Origin: Candidatus Neochristensenella gallicola
Lineage (GTDB): Bacteria; Bacillota; Clostridia; Christensenellales; QALW01
Length of the DNA stretch: 64,000 bases
NCBI GenBank assembly: GCA_904419735.1
Contig: CAJFSR010000003.1
Span: 11,290-75,289 of the forward strand
Direction: 5' to 3'
In this document: piece after piece, positions 1 through 9,552 of the stretch
Layout: each line of letters opens with the position of its first letter
Position numbering within the stretch: the stretch's first letter is position 1
Made by a program: the position numbers and the translations under genes
Notes under the pieces: model-generated
What the model saw: the letters and a program-made list of their open reading frames with translations, nothing else
The model's database searches: none
Told to the model about the DNA's origin: nothing

Positions 1-69
1 TCCATTCCGCAGCATATATCAAGCCTCTATAAAAAATACAGTTTAGGCTCCTTCTTACTTTTTCCAGTT

Positions 70-696
70 TTAACCCCGGTTTATAATGTCCAAAAGGATT
101 CCAGCGCACTCTTCCGAAGAAAGAGAAGATGTATTCAGCTCAATATCATAATTTCGCCTATCAGCCCATTCCTTTTTGGTCCAATACTTAAAATAGTTCT
201 TTCTCTGCCTGTCCTTTTTCTCCATAAGAGCCTGAGCCTCGGCCTGAGTAATACCTTCAGTACTTACAATACGCGAAAGCCTCCTCTTCAAATCAGAAGA
301 ATAAATATATGCGCGCAGGACATCCGGCCTGTCCTTCAAAATTTCCGTAGAGCAGCGGCCAATAAAGACTGCCGGGCTCTCCTGCGCCAGCCTTAAAATG
401 GTCTTTTGCAGCCCATAAAACAAATCATAAACCGTATTGGCCGCTCCCTGCGAATAATTTAAATACGAAGCAAAATCATGCAGGAAGCTCCCGCTGTATT
501 TTTCATCAAATTCCTCCAGCATTCCGGCTGATACTCCCTGGGCCTCAGCCGCTTTTTTAATCAGCTCGCTGTCATAATACGGAATGCCGGCTTTTTGGGC
601 GACCATTATGCCTATTTCCCGGCCTCCGCTCCCGAATTCTCTTTCAATGGCCAAAGACCTCATAAATATTCTCCTTCCTGTATACTCCCAAATCAC
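70..696 (-). CDS. cytidylate kinase-like family protein
   Basis: 208-aa ORF with N-terminal FGSGGREIG nucleotide-binding-like segment typical of the cytidylate-kinase-like family. Its start overlaps the stop of the upstream ABC gene (693-696). Confidence 0.65.
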   Translation of the reverse strand: MIWEYTGRRIFMRSLAIEREFGSGGREIGIMVAQKAGIPYYDSELIKKAAEAQGVSAGMLEEFDEKYSGSFLHDFASYLNYSQGAANTVYDLFYGLQKTILRLAQESPAVFIGRCSTEILKDRPDVLRAYIYSSDLKRRLSRIVSTEGITQAEAQALMEKKDRQRKNYFKYWTKKEWADRRNYDIELNTSSLSSEECAGILLDIINRG

Positions 697-2495
697 GACG
701 CCTTGTCAAACTGGCTGTTATACAAATCCGCATAGAAGCCGCCTTTAGCCAGCAAGGTTTCGTGATCGCCCTGCTCTATTATATCTCCGTCCTTCATAAC
801 CAGAATCAAGTTCGCATTTTTTATGGTGGACAGCCTGTGCGCAATAACAAAGCTGGTTCTATGCTCGGTCAGCTTATCCATAGCCTCCTGCGTAATAAGC
901 TCGGTTCTGGTATCTACCGAGCTGGTCGCTTCGTCCAGAATAAGCATGGGGCTGTTCTGAACCATAGCGCGGGCAATGGTAAATAACTGCTTCTGACCCG
1001 CTGAAATTGTAATATTTTCCCCTAAGACCGTATCAAAGCCGTCAGGCAGAGTCTCGATAAAATGATATATTCCGCAGGCACGGCAGGCTTTTTCCAGCTG
1101 CTCGTCAGTAATTCCGGTATTGTTATAAACAAGGTTCTCACGCACAGTCCCCTCTATGAGCCATGTATCCTGCAATACCATCCCGAACAGATTATGGACG
1201 TTTTCCCTCGTTAATTGAGAAGTGGATACTCCGTCAATCCTTATATCGCCGCTGTTAATTTCAAAGAAGCGCATAAGCAGATTAACCATAGTAGTTTTGC
1301 CGGCGCCCGTAGGTCCTACAATGGCTACCTTCTGTCCGGGCTCTACATGGGCGGAGAAATCCTTAATAATTATTTTATCCGGATTGTCCGGATAGCTGAA
1401 GCGAACGTGGTCAAATTCCACCTCGCCTCTCACATTTGTAAGCTTGGCAGTCTTATGGCTCTCGTCCTCAAGCTCTTCCTCCTGAAGAAAATCAAACACA
1501 CGGTCGCCGCCGGCCGCCGCCGTCTGCATCTGCGTCATGCCCTGAGCGATAGTGCTGAGCGGAGAAGTGAAGAGCCGGACATACATTATAAACGCAGTTA
1601 TAACGCCAAAGGAAATTTGACCGTCCAGCACCAGCGCTGCACCTAATACGCATACAGCCACATAGCCTAAATTCCCGATTACATTCATTAAGGGCTGCAT
1701 AACGCCCGACAGGAACTGGCTTTTCCTCTCTGCGTCATAAACGTCTCGGTTCATTCCGTCAAAAACATGCTTGATTTTACGGTTGGCTCTGGAAATCCTA
1801 ACCACATCATGCCCGGAATACATTTCTTCCACATAACCATTCAAGCGGCCCAGGCTCTGCTGGCGGGATATAAAATATTTCTGAGACCTGGACATTATGA
1901 CCGCCATAATGCCAAAGCCTAAAAGGGTAGCGGCAATAGCCGCAAGGGCCATGCGCCATTCTGTAACCAGCATCATTATAAGACAGCCAATAAACTGCGC
2001 CGCCGAGCTTATAATGGACGGCAGGCTGTTTGAAAGAGCCTGCTGGAGAGTGCTCACATCATTGGTAACACGGCTCAGAATATCTCCGTGCGAATACTTT
2101 CCAAAGCATTTCATGGGCACATGATTTATCTTATAGGACAAATCCCTGCGCAGTTCCTTAGAAAGGTTCAAAGTTATAGTAGCCATAATGTAATGCTGTA
2201 TATAGGTAAACAGAGCGCTCAAAAGATACATTCCCAACAGCAGCAATCCGATTTTTCCTATTGCAGCAATATCAATGCTGGAAAACAAGCCCTCCGAAAT
2301 CAAATCGGTGATGTGGCTGAGCTGATTGGGCCCGATAATGGTAAGTACAGCCCCGCCGACAGCAAGACACATAGCGATAATCATGGGTACTTTTAATTTG
2401 CTGGAATATATAAACAGCTCTCTGATAAGCCCTATAATTCCCCGCTTGCTTTTTTCAGGCACATTCATATGCCCATTCATTCTATTAGCACTCAT
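693..2495 (-). CDS. ABC exporter, fused permease/ATPase subunit (canonical NBD, non-canonical signature ISAGQ)
   Basis: Six-TM N-terminal half, Walker A GPTGAGKTT, Walker B LILDEATS, H-loop IAHRLST. Start placed at ATG 2495 (MSANRMNG), preceded by AGGAGGG and lying 15 nt after the upstream stop; the ORF track extends to 2570. Confidence 0.9.
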   Translation of the reverse strand: MSANRMNGHMNVPEKSKRGIIGLIRELFIYSSKLKVPMIIAMCLAVGGAVLTIIGPNQLSHITDLISEGLFSSIDIAAIGKIGLLLLGMYLLSALFTYIQHYIMATITLNLSKELRRDLSYKINHVPMKCFGKYSHGDILSRVTNDVSTLQQALSNSLPSIISSAAQFIGCLIMMLVTEWRMALAAIAATLLGFGIMAVIMSRSQKYFISRQQSLGRLNGYVEEMYSGHDVVRISRANRKIKHVFDGMNRDVYDAERKSQFLSGVMQPLMNVIGNLGYVAVCVLGAALVLDGQISFGVITAFIMYVRLFTSPLSTIAQGMTQMQTAAAGGDRVFDFLQEEELEDESHKTAKLTNVRGEVEFDHVRFSYPDNPDKIIIKDFSAHVEPGQKVAIVGPTGAGKTTMVNLLMRFFEINSGDIRIDGVSTSQLTRENVHNLFGMVLQDTWLIEGTVRENLVYNNTGITDEQLEKACRACGIYHFIETLPDGFDTVLGENITISAGQKQLFTIARAMVQNSPMLILDEATSSVDTRTELITQEAMDKLTEHRTSFVIAHRLSTIKNANLILVMKDGDIIEQGDHETLLAKGGFYADLYNSQFDKAS

Positions 2496-2509
2496 TTTAT
2501 ATCCCTCCT

Positions 2510-4270
2510 TTACGCGCCAAGCTCTTCGGCTGAAAGCTGTGACATGGCAATTTCCCTGTATACAGGACAAGTTTTGAGCAATTCCTCATGCTTGCCTATG
2601 CCCACGGCCCGTCCTTCGTCCAAAACAACAATTTTATCCGCATCCCGTATAGTGCCGATGCGCTGGGCCACTATCATACGGGTGGTCCCTCCAAGATTTT
2701 CTGCCAGTCCCTTTCTGAGAAGAGAATCGGTTTTATAATCCAAAGCTGAGAACGAATCGTCAAAAATTAGAATTTCCGGCTGCCGTGCCAGCGCCCTTGC
2801 TATGCTCAAACGCTGTTTCTGTCCTCCCGAAACATTGGTGCCTCCCTCTGTAATAGGCGCGTTTATTCCTCCCGGAAGCTTGGAGACAAATTCGGACGCC
2901 TGCGCTAAACTGAGCGCGCGGTTTACGTTTTCATCCGTCTGCTCGGCTGCGCTTTCGCCAAACAGAACATTTTCTTTTATATCCCCGGCAAAAAGGATCG
3001 CCTTCTGCGTAACATAGCCTATGCGGTCATAAAGTGCGTCGAAGGTATATTCCCTTATATCCCGGCCATCTATCAGCACCTGGCCCGAAGTTGCGTCATA
3101 AAAACGCGCCGCAAGGCTGACCAAAGTGGTCTTGCCGCTGCCTGTAGCGCCTATAAAAGCTATAGTCTCCCCTTTGTTTACTTTAAAGCTTATATGCTCT
3201 AAAACATCCTTACCTGAAGAAGGATAATGGAAGGATACGTCTCTGAACTCTACTGTGCCTGTTTCTTCCGCCTGCGTTTGACTGCCCTCATGCAGGTTTA
3301 TTTTGGCTTCCAGCACTTCATTGATACGGCCTGCCGATACTTGAGCAGAAGGCAGGAACATAATCACCATAACCATCATCATTATGGACATGATAACATA
3401 AGTCGCATAAGTGCCGAATACCACTATATCGCCAAAGGTCGCAATTCTGGCTGTCATATCGGCAACATCAACATTATTGACAATGGATGCGCCCACCCAG
3501 TATATGACCAGAGCCAGAGCGTTCATGGCCAGGGATACCGCCGGCATAAGCAACGCCAAGGCACGCTGGTTAAAAAGCTGCGTCCTCATCAAAGTATCAT
3601 TGGCCTTTTCAAATTTCTCCGCCTGATACTCCTCAGCGTTAAAAGCATGAACTACATTGATGCCGGTAAGATTTTCTCTTGAAACCCGGTTAATGTTATC
3701 GGTAAGCTTCTGCACTCGTCTTACACGGGGCAGAATTACTACAATTACGATAGCCATCATAATAATCAGCGCCGCTACGAAACCCGCGGTAATAACAGAA
3801 AGGGTCCAGCTCTTATTTATTATCTTTATAACAGCCCAAACCGCCATAACCGGGGATTTAATAAGTATCTGCAGCCCCATAGCTACCAGCATCTGAATCT
3901 GGGTTATATCGTTTGTCGTACGAGTAATCAGACTGGGAACCGAAAACGCCTGCATTTCCTGATGCCCAAAATCCGCTACTTTATTAAAAACGCCCTCGCG
4001 CAGAGTATAGCTGAAGCCAGCGGCAACCTGCGCCGACAAAAAGCCGCATATAATGCTTAAAACTGCGCTTGCAACAGTACACGCCAGCATCTCAAGGCCG
4101 GTATTTATAATCTCGGAAATAGTACTTCCCGGCGTTTCAATAAGAACCGTCAAATCGCTCATATAGTCCGGCAGGCGCAAATCAAAATAAATCTGGCCCA
4201 GTACCATCACCGCGCACAGACCGGCCATAAGCCATTCCTTAGCGCGCATCCTCTTTAAAATCTTAATCAA
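2510..4270 (-). CDS. ABC exporter, fused permease/ATPase subunit (degenerate NBD: Walker B DD, H-loop Gln)
   Basis: Walker A GATGSGKTT, signature VSGGQKQR, Walker B LIFDDSFS, switch VAQRIGT. Probable TTG start at 4270, 7 nt after AAAGGAG; the ORF track extends to 4303. Confidence 0.88.
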   Translation of the reverse strand: MIKILKRMRAKEWLMAGLCAVMVLGQIYFDLRLPDYMSDLTVLIETPGSTISEIINTGLEMLACTVASAVLSIICGFLSAQVAAGFSYTLREGVFNKVADFGHQEMQAFSVPSLITRTTNDITQIQMLVAMGLQILIKSPVMAVWAVIKIINKSWTLSVITAGFVAALIIMMAIVIVVILPRVRRVQKLTDNINRVSRENLTGINVVHAFNAEEYQAEKFEKANDTLMRTQLFNQRALALLMPAVSLAMNALALVIYWVGASIVNNVDVADMTARIATFGDIVVFGTYATYVIMSIMMMVMVIMFLPSAQVSAGRINEVLEAKINLHEGSQTQAEETGTVEFRDVSFHYPSSGKDVLEHISFKVNKGETIAFIGATGSGKTTLVSLAARFYDATSGQVLIDGRDIREYTFDALYDRIGYVTQKAILFAGDIKENVLFGESAAEQTDENVNRALSLAQASEFVSKLPGGINAPITEGGTNVSGGQKQRLSIARALARQPEILIFDDSFSALDYKTDSLLRKGLAENLGGTTRMIVAQRIGTIRDADKIVVLDEGRAVGIGKHEELLKTCPVYREIAMSQLSAEELGA

Positions 4271-4286
4271 TTCACATTCTCCTTTC

Positions 4287-4829
4287 TTACCAGCCTGAAC
4301 CAAAATTGCTCAAAGCCACTACAACGCTCTCTATCCCCAGCAGGATCAAATACGCTCCTACAATATAACCCACGGATATAATAGATATAATCGGATTCAG
4401 AATCATTATAACGCCCAGGACAAGTCCGATTATATTTACTATCAACGTAAAGCCATAATAAAAGTTTCCCGCAGTCATGCGTATAATATTTAAATGGGAC
4501 AGCCGGGAAATGCAATGCGCAATAAACCATATCGGGAAAAGCAGGGACAATACCCATGTGCCCGCGGCAGGATAGGCCAGGAGCATAACTCCCGCCATTA
4601 CGCTTAACAGGCCGGAAATTAAAGATATGGTAGGCACAAACCCCATATGCCTGTCAATTTTAATATAGAACACTATATCTGCAATTCCTGTCAGTACAGC
4701 AATAATCCCATATATTATTACCACTCCCGTCAGCGTCTCCGTTGGACGGATAAAGGTAAAGATACCTAAAAGAATCAGCAGAATGCCCATTATGAGCTCA
4801 AGCCAGCCGTAACCTGAACGCCTTTTCAC
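4287..4829 (-). CDS. HdeD/DUF308 family integral membrane protein
   Basis: 180-aa ORF with six predicted hydrophobic helices and a repeated GxxxIxxG pattern typical of DUF308. It overlaps the ftsH stop by 4 nt. Confidence 0.65.
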   Translation of the reverse strand: MKRRSGYGWLELIMGILLILLGIFTFIRPTETLTGVVIIYGIIAVLTGIADIVFYIKIDRHMGFVPTISLISGLLSVMAGVMLLAYPAAGTWVLSLLFPIWFIAHCISRLSHLNIIRMTAGNFYYGFTLIVNIIGLVLGVIMILNPIISIISVGYIVGAYLILLGIESVVVALSNFGSGW

Positions 4830-6655
4830 AGCAGGGCGCCCCCTTCCCTTCTTAATATAGTCATAAATTCTTCACCGGTAATGGTCTCTTTTTCATACAA
4901 AAACTGCGCCAGTTCATCCAGCTTCCCGCGATTTTCCTTTAAAATCTGCGCAGCTTTTGCATGCTGGGTTTTAATCACCTCTACCACCTCTTTATCTATC
5001 TCCTTCTGAGTTTCAGTCGAGCATATAAGAGAAGTGTCGCCGCCTAAATACTGATTGCTTACAGTCTCCATAGCCGTCATATCAAAATCCCTGCTCATGC
5101 CATACCTGGTTATCATAGCGCGGACAAGCTTAGTCGCCTGCTCTATATCGTTTGAGGCGCCGGTTGTTATCTCGCCGAAAGCTATTTCTTCAGCCGCCCG
5201 ACCCCCGGTATAGGTTGCAATCTTGTTTTCTATTTCCTGCTTAGTTAGAAGGTACTTATCTCCCTGTTCCACCTGCATAGTATAGCCCAGCGCGCCTGAA
5301 GTACGCGGAATTATGGTTATTTTCTGCACCGGAGCGGAATGCGGCTGCATTGCAGCCACCAGCGCGTGCCCTATTTCATGATAGGCCACAACCTTCCTTT
5401 CTTCATCCGAAAGCACGGCGTTTTTCTTCTGATAGCCTGCTATAACCACCTCAATGCTTTCCTCCAAATCTGCCTGTTCCACTATAACGCGGTTATTGCG
5501 CACCGCCCGCAGCGCCGCCTCATTAATAATATTGGCCAGTTCCGCGCCTGAGGCGCCCGCCGCCATACGCGCAATAGTATGAAAATTAACGTCATCCGCC
5601 GTCTTAATCTTTTTGGCATGGACTTTTAAGATTTCCTCCCGGCCTTTGAGGTCGGGCAGCTCTACCGGGATACGCCGGTCAAATCGGCCCGGACGGGTCA
5701 GCGCCGGATCCAGCGCTTCGGGCCGGTTGGTAGCGGCCAGGATTATAACTCCGGTATTGCCCTCGAATCCGTCCATTTCTGTCAAAAGCTGATTAAGGGT
5801 CTGTTCCCGTTCGTCGTTGCCTCCTAATTGACCGTCCCGTCTCTTACCTATTGCGTCAATTTCATCTATAAAAACAATGCAGGGAGCTTTTTCCTTAGCC
5901 TGTCTGAACAAATCACGCACCTTGGAAGCGCCCATACCCACGAACATTTCCACAAATTCAGAGCCTGAAATGGAAAAGAACGGAACATTGGATTCACCCG
6001 CTACCGCCTTGGCCAGCATGGTTTTGCCCGTTCCGGGCGGGCCGACAAGCAAAAGGCCCTTGGGCATTGAAGCGCCTGCCTCCGTGTATTTCTTTGGATT
6101 ATGCAGATAATCCACTATCTCCGCCAGGCTTTCCTTTGCCTCATCCTCGCCTGCAACATCGCTGAAGCGTATTCCCTGCGTGGACTGTACATAAATTTTA
6201 GCATTGCTCTTTCCCATGCCGAAGGCCATGGAATTTTTTCCGCCCGCCTGCTCCATGAGCTTCTTATTCATATATTGCCCCAGGCCGACAAATATAAGAA
6301 GGGGTATGCCCACAGACAGCAGCAGGCTTAGGATGGGAGACATGGGTTCGGTTATCTCACGGGCAAATTTTGCCCCTGAATCGTATAGTCTCTGCGTTAA
6401 ATCCGGGTCCTCCATGATGCCCGTTTTATATATAGCCGTATTATCCTTATCAGTAAAAACTATTTCATAATCCTCAATCTGCACCTCGCCTATATTCTTT
6501 TCTTCAATCATGCTCATAAAGGTGCCGTAATCCACTACAGTTACCTGTCTCTGCGCAAGCAGAGGCGCAACTATCAAATTAAACAGAAGCAGGATTATTA
6601 ACGCGATACCGTAATAATATAAAAGCGATTTTTTAGGAGATTTAACTTCCTGCAA
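4826..6655 (-). CDS. ftsH: ATP-dependent zinc metalloprotease FtsH
   Basis: Two N-terminal TM segments, AAA+ Walker A GPPGTGKT, Walker [32 protein letters not shown] and zinc motif HEIGHA. Confidence 0.96.
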   Translation of the reverse strand: MQEVKSPKKSLLYYYGIALIILLLFNLIVAPLLAQRQVTVVDYGTFMSMIEEKNIGEVQIEDYEIVFTDKDNTAIYKTGIMEDPDLTQRLYDSGAKFAREITEPMSPILSLLLSVGIPLLIFVGLGQYMNKKLMEQAGGKNSMAFGMGKSNAKIYVQSTQGIRFSDVAGEDEAKESLAEIVDYLHNPKKYTEAGASMPKGLLLVGPPGTGKTMLAKAVAGESNVPFFSISGSEFVEMFVGMGASKVRDLFRQAKEKAPCIVFIDEIDAIGKRRDGQLGGNDEREQTLNQLLTEMDGFEGNTGVIILAATNRPEALDPALTRPGRFDRRIPVELPDLKGREEILKVHAKKIKTADDVNFHTIARMAAGASGAELANIINEAALRAVRNNRVIVEQADLEESIEVVIAGYQKKNAVLSDEERKVVAYHEIGHALVAAMQPHSAPVQKITIIPRTSGALGYTMQVEQGDKYLLTKQEIENKIATYTGGRAAEEIAFGEITTGASNDIEQATKLVRAMITRYGMSRDFDMTAMETVSNQYLGGDTSLICSTETQKEIDKEVVEVIKTQHAKAAQILKENRGKLDELAQFLYEKETITGEEFMTILRREGGALL

Positions 6656-6657
6656 AT

Positions 6658-7086
6658 TTATTCCTCCTCCTTTTCCTGTTGAGTAAGTTCAGCATCTATA
6701 GCCTCTAAAGATATGAGCAGAGCGCGGTTGGCCGCCTGCATTGCAAAATCCAGCGCGTATTCAGCCAGAAGCGCTTTTTCCTCGGCCGACAATGCTTTGC
6801 TCCACTCTTCCACCGCCGTCCGCCTGCATACTTCAGCTTTAGCATCCTGTATAACCTGCTCCACCCGGCCGTAAACCTGCGAAATTCTGCTAACCGTTTC
6901 GGCACGGGAAGAGCTCAGTCTGCTGCGCAAAGCCAGTTCGTTCTGCGCATACTCTCTGTGCGCCTTAACAAGCTCCTCCCTTATCCGGCTGTGACACGCT
7001 TCCCGGCTAAGTTTAATCCGACGGCGCATTTCTGCAAATTCATTATCCAGTTCGTCCAATTTTACGGACAGTACCTCACACGCCAT
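6658..7086 (-). CDS. hypothetical alpha-helical (coiled-coil-like) protein
   Basis: 142-aa charged, helix-rich ORF ending 2 nt before ftsH. GGGAG RBS and a TTGATG-17-TACAAT promoter lie upstream. No recognisable family. Confidence 0.5.
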   Translation of the reverse strand: MACEVLSVKLDELDNEFAEMRRRIKLSREACHSRIREELVKAHREYAQNELALRSRLSSSRAETVSRISQVYGRVEQVIQDAKAEVCRRTAVEEWSKALSAEEKALLAEYALDFAMQAANRALLISLEAIDAELTQQEKEEE

Positions 7087-7175
7087 AACGCCGCTCCCTT
7101 CTTTTATCAGTTTACTGTTTTATTGTACCCGCCATTTTTAATTTCATCAATAGCCAATAATTTTAAAGTGTATAG

Positions 7176-7222
7176 ACAAAACGGGCCGAGTGTAAAAAGC
7201 TTTTACACTCGGCCCGTTTTGT
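7176..7222. terminator. bidirectional intrinsic terminator (22-bp perfect stem, 3-nt loop)
   Basis: ACAAAACGGGCCGAGTGTAAAA-AGC-TTTTACACTCGGCCCGTTTTGT with A/T runs built into both arms. It lies directly downstream of the TetR gene. Confidence 0.85.
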
Positions 7223-7233
7223 AAAACACATAT

Positions 7234-7767
7234 TTAAGAATAAGGCGAAACCCCTTCTACTAATAAGACATATATTTGATGTACAATTCTATCCAGATTT
7301 TTCGTATCCTCCTCTGTCCAGCCACGCAGGACGCCCATTATAGCCTCGCTGTGATAACGCAAAATAAATTTTAATTCGGAACGGCTGCATTTTTGATATA
7401 AATTCTTTTCTTCAACCGTCTGCTCAAATATATTATAAACATGCTCGGTTAAAATGCGTGCAATCTCGTCACCGTAATTAGTCTGCATGCTCTTTTTTAC
7501 ATGAGGAGCCGCATTCAGAGCCATAAGCACGAAATAGCGGATCCTTTCCTCGCCGTCCTTGCCAAAGCCTGCTTCCCGCATTGCCTGCGCTCCTCTTTCC
7601 AGCATCCATTTAAGCATGTCGGGTATATCTTCAAAATGATAATAAAAAGCCTGGCGGGTTATATGGCATTCCTCCACAATGTCTTTTACCGTAAGCTTTT
7701 TAACCTTTTTATCCATCAGAAGCCTTCCGGCAGCCTCAGCTATCTCTTCCTTCATATCTATTGCCAT
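7234..7767 (-). CDS. TetR/AcrR family transcriptional regulator
   Basis: N-terminal HTH KLTVKDIVEECHITRQAFYYHFEDI, 177 aa, GGAGGTGGAG RBS. Confidence 0.85.
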   Translation of the reverse strand: MAIDMKEEIAEAAGRLLMDKKVKKLTVKDIVEECHITRQAFYYHFEDIPDMLKWMLERGAQAMREAGFGKDGEERIRYFVLMALNAAPHVKKSMQTNYGDEIARILTEHVYNIFEQTVEEKNLYQKCSRSELKFILRYHSEAIMGVLRGWTEEDTKNLDRIVHQIYVLLVEGVSPYS

Positions 7768-7821
7768 TAAGCTCCACCTCCAGCCAAGATTGAACAGCAG
7801 GGCTGCTGCCGCCCCTTTTTA

Positions 7822-8052
7822 ATAAAAAAGCCGAACCTACCGTCATAAGGCGCAAAGGTTCGGTTGACCCGGCAAACGAATAGGAACTGTATTCCCAGAC
7901 ACTCTGATTGCAAAGCAAGGCTGATCGCACTGCCCATTATAAGTCCCGACATTACCGGGGTCACACCTGATGTTTTGTATTAATGCTCTCGTTTTACTTA
8001 CCTGATTTCTTATTATTTTGTTCATTCTAAAGCCAATGTCTGCTTTTGTCAA
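7822..8052 (-). promoter_or_regulatory. promoter plus roughly 195-nt structured leader ending in an intrinsic terminator, upstream of the TetR gene (unclassified)
   Basis: On the minus strand: TTGACA (8052-8047), 17-nt spacer, TAGAAT (8029-8024). Terminator GCCGAACCU...AGGUUCGGC followed by UUUUUU (plus-strand coordinates 7866-7822), only about 55 nt before the TetR ATG, with no second promoter seen. A candidate long-range helix is GACCCCGG (7962-7955) with CCGGGUC (7872-7866). Confidence 0.5.
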
Positions 8053-8343
8053 GTATAATAATGAGATATATTTTAGCATACTCAAAAACCTATTAAAAAA
8101 GAAAGCTGGCGCACAGATAATATGGTGAATAGCATAGCACCAGATTACAACAAGTCCCGAAAGAAACAAAAAGAAGGCGCCGCGGCCATCAATGAATGCT
8201 GAAGAGCTGTTGACATTTCACAACTGACATGATATATTTGCGTCATAAATGTAATATTATCTTGTTTTTTTTGATTATATTTATAGCTAACATATGTTTT
8301 TCAGTTTAATGTGAATTTATGAAATAATCAGGGGGTATTGTAA

Positions 8344-8661
8344 ATGAAAAAATTTCTTGTAACTATTGTCATGGTTTTATTGACAATATCTTTATCGGCC
8401 TGCGAAAACGCCGCTCACCCCAGCCAGACCGCTACAGCGGAGAATACTCAGCCCGACTTTTTAGATATATTAGCCGAAGAAAGAGATATCAATTTAATGA
8501 TTTTTATGTTTTGCGGCTTTGAGGACGGAGAGATAGTCGATGCAAGCATACTTGATTTAGAAACGCTTACCTATTGCATGCAGAGAACCGCATTCAGAGT
8601 GCAGGGCGAGGTAGAACTGGTGCGACAGCGCGGAAATTATACCATTGTAAACTTCTGTTAG
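8344..8661 (+). CDS. small putative lipoprotein
   Basis: Signal peptide plus lipobox MKKFLVTIVMVLLTISLSAC. GGGGG RBS and a TTGACA-17-TATATT promoter near 8210-8240. Confidence 0.5.
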   Translation: MKKFLVTIVMVLLTISLSACENAAHPSQTATAENTQPDFLDILAEERDINLMIFMFCGFEDGEIVDASILDLETLTYCMQRTAFRVQGEVELVRQRGNYTIVNFC

Positions 8662-8845
8662 AGAACATATACAACTGAATATAGATTTATCTGCTGATAA
8701 GCACTTGCAACTATCCGAGAAACGGACGGATATATGCAGGTGCTTTTCTTTTTCAAAAAATCAGAACACAGTGTCCAAAATCGGCTATCCGCACGGGCTG
8801 TAAGGTAGGGGGCAAGTCTGCCCGAGCAGCCGCCGGAGGGATGAA

Positions 8846-9001
8846 ATGCAAAGGCGGCGTTTCCTGCTCCACTATGAGTATGAGATGACTTATAAGGAGA
8901 TCGGGAAAATCGAGCATTGCAGCCAACAGTCCGTTGGTCGTGCTGTAACTGCCGACAGAGAAAAGATAAAGGCGGAGATAAAGAAATACCTAAACGCATG
9001 A
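8846..9001 (+). pseudogene. fragment encoding only a sigma-70 region-4-like HTH (truncated gene remnant)
   Basis: My own translation gives MQRRRFLLHYEYEMTYKEIGKIEHCSQQSVGRAVTADREKIKAEIKKYLNA. This resembles the C-terminal HTH of small sigma-like proteins. The frame is closed by TAA at 8801 and no N-terminal domain is present. Confidence 0.4.
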
Positions 9002-9454
9002 CCGTTAATCATACCCTTGTATCTTTGGATATGAGGGTATTTGCTTTGTGTTCTCTAATGGAACTTCACAGATGTTTATCTGACTCAATACAGCAAAAGA
9101 ATAGAAGTCCGCTTGGATTCAATAGAAAATATTGAAAAGGGAGACTATATTGAAGTTGTCGGCCATTTAGAGGTGACAGAAAATAATATGAGGCTCTATG
9201 ACGCCTCAATAACCGGGCGAGGGAGTTCCGTTCAAAACAGCATATGGCAGCAAAAACTTAAAGCATAATTTAGCAAGGATTTACCGGGGAATCAGTTACA
9301 AGCAAATTACTGCCCCTTTTATAAAATGGCTTAAATAATAAATGAAGCAGTCTATAAATATAGTATTACATTAAAAATCCCAGTATCCCAAGCTATAGGT
9401 TTGACTGTTAAACACAGATCCGGCCGTATTACTTCATTTATACATGCAAGCCTT

Positions 9455-9502
9455 AAAAAATTAACCGCCCCTGCTGTAGATATTACTGGAACAGCAGGGG
9501 CG
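9455..9502 (-). terminator. intrinsic terminator downstream of the sigma-factor gene
   Basis: Stem CGCCCCTGCTG / CAGCAGGGGCG (9466-9476 / 9492-9502), followed on the minus strand by a T-rich run. Confidence 0.75.
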
Positions 9503-9552
9503 ACTGTTTATGTCTTGATTCGGCTGCCTGCCAAAAGCCAATAAATTATGAT

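Noticed and set aside
7767-7964. 65-aa track ORF running through the leader and ending in a TAATG overlap with the TetR start. It could be a leader peptide or an upstream coupled gene.
   Set aside because: It has a GTG start without an SD, contains the terminator hairpin within its frame, and its composition looks random. The overlap with the TetR ATG is most simply coincidental.
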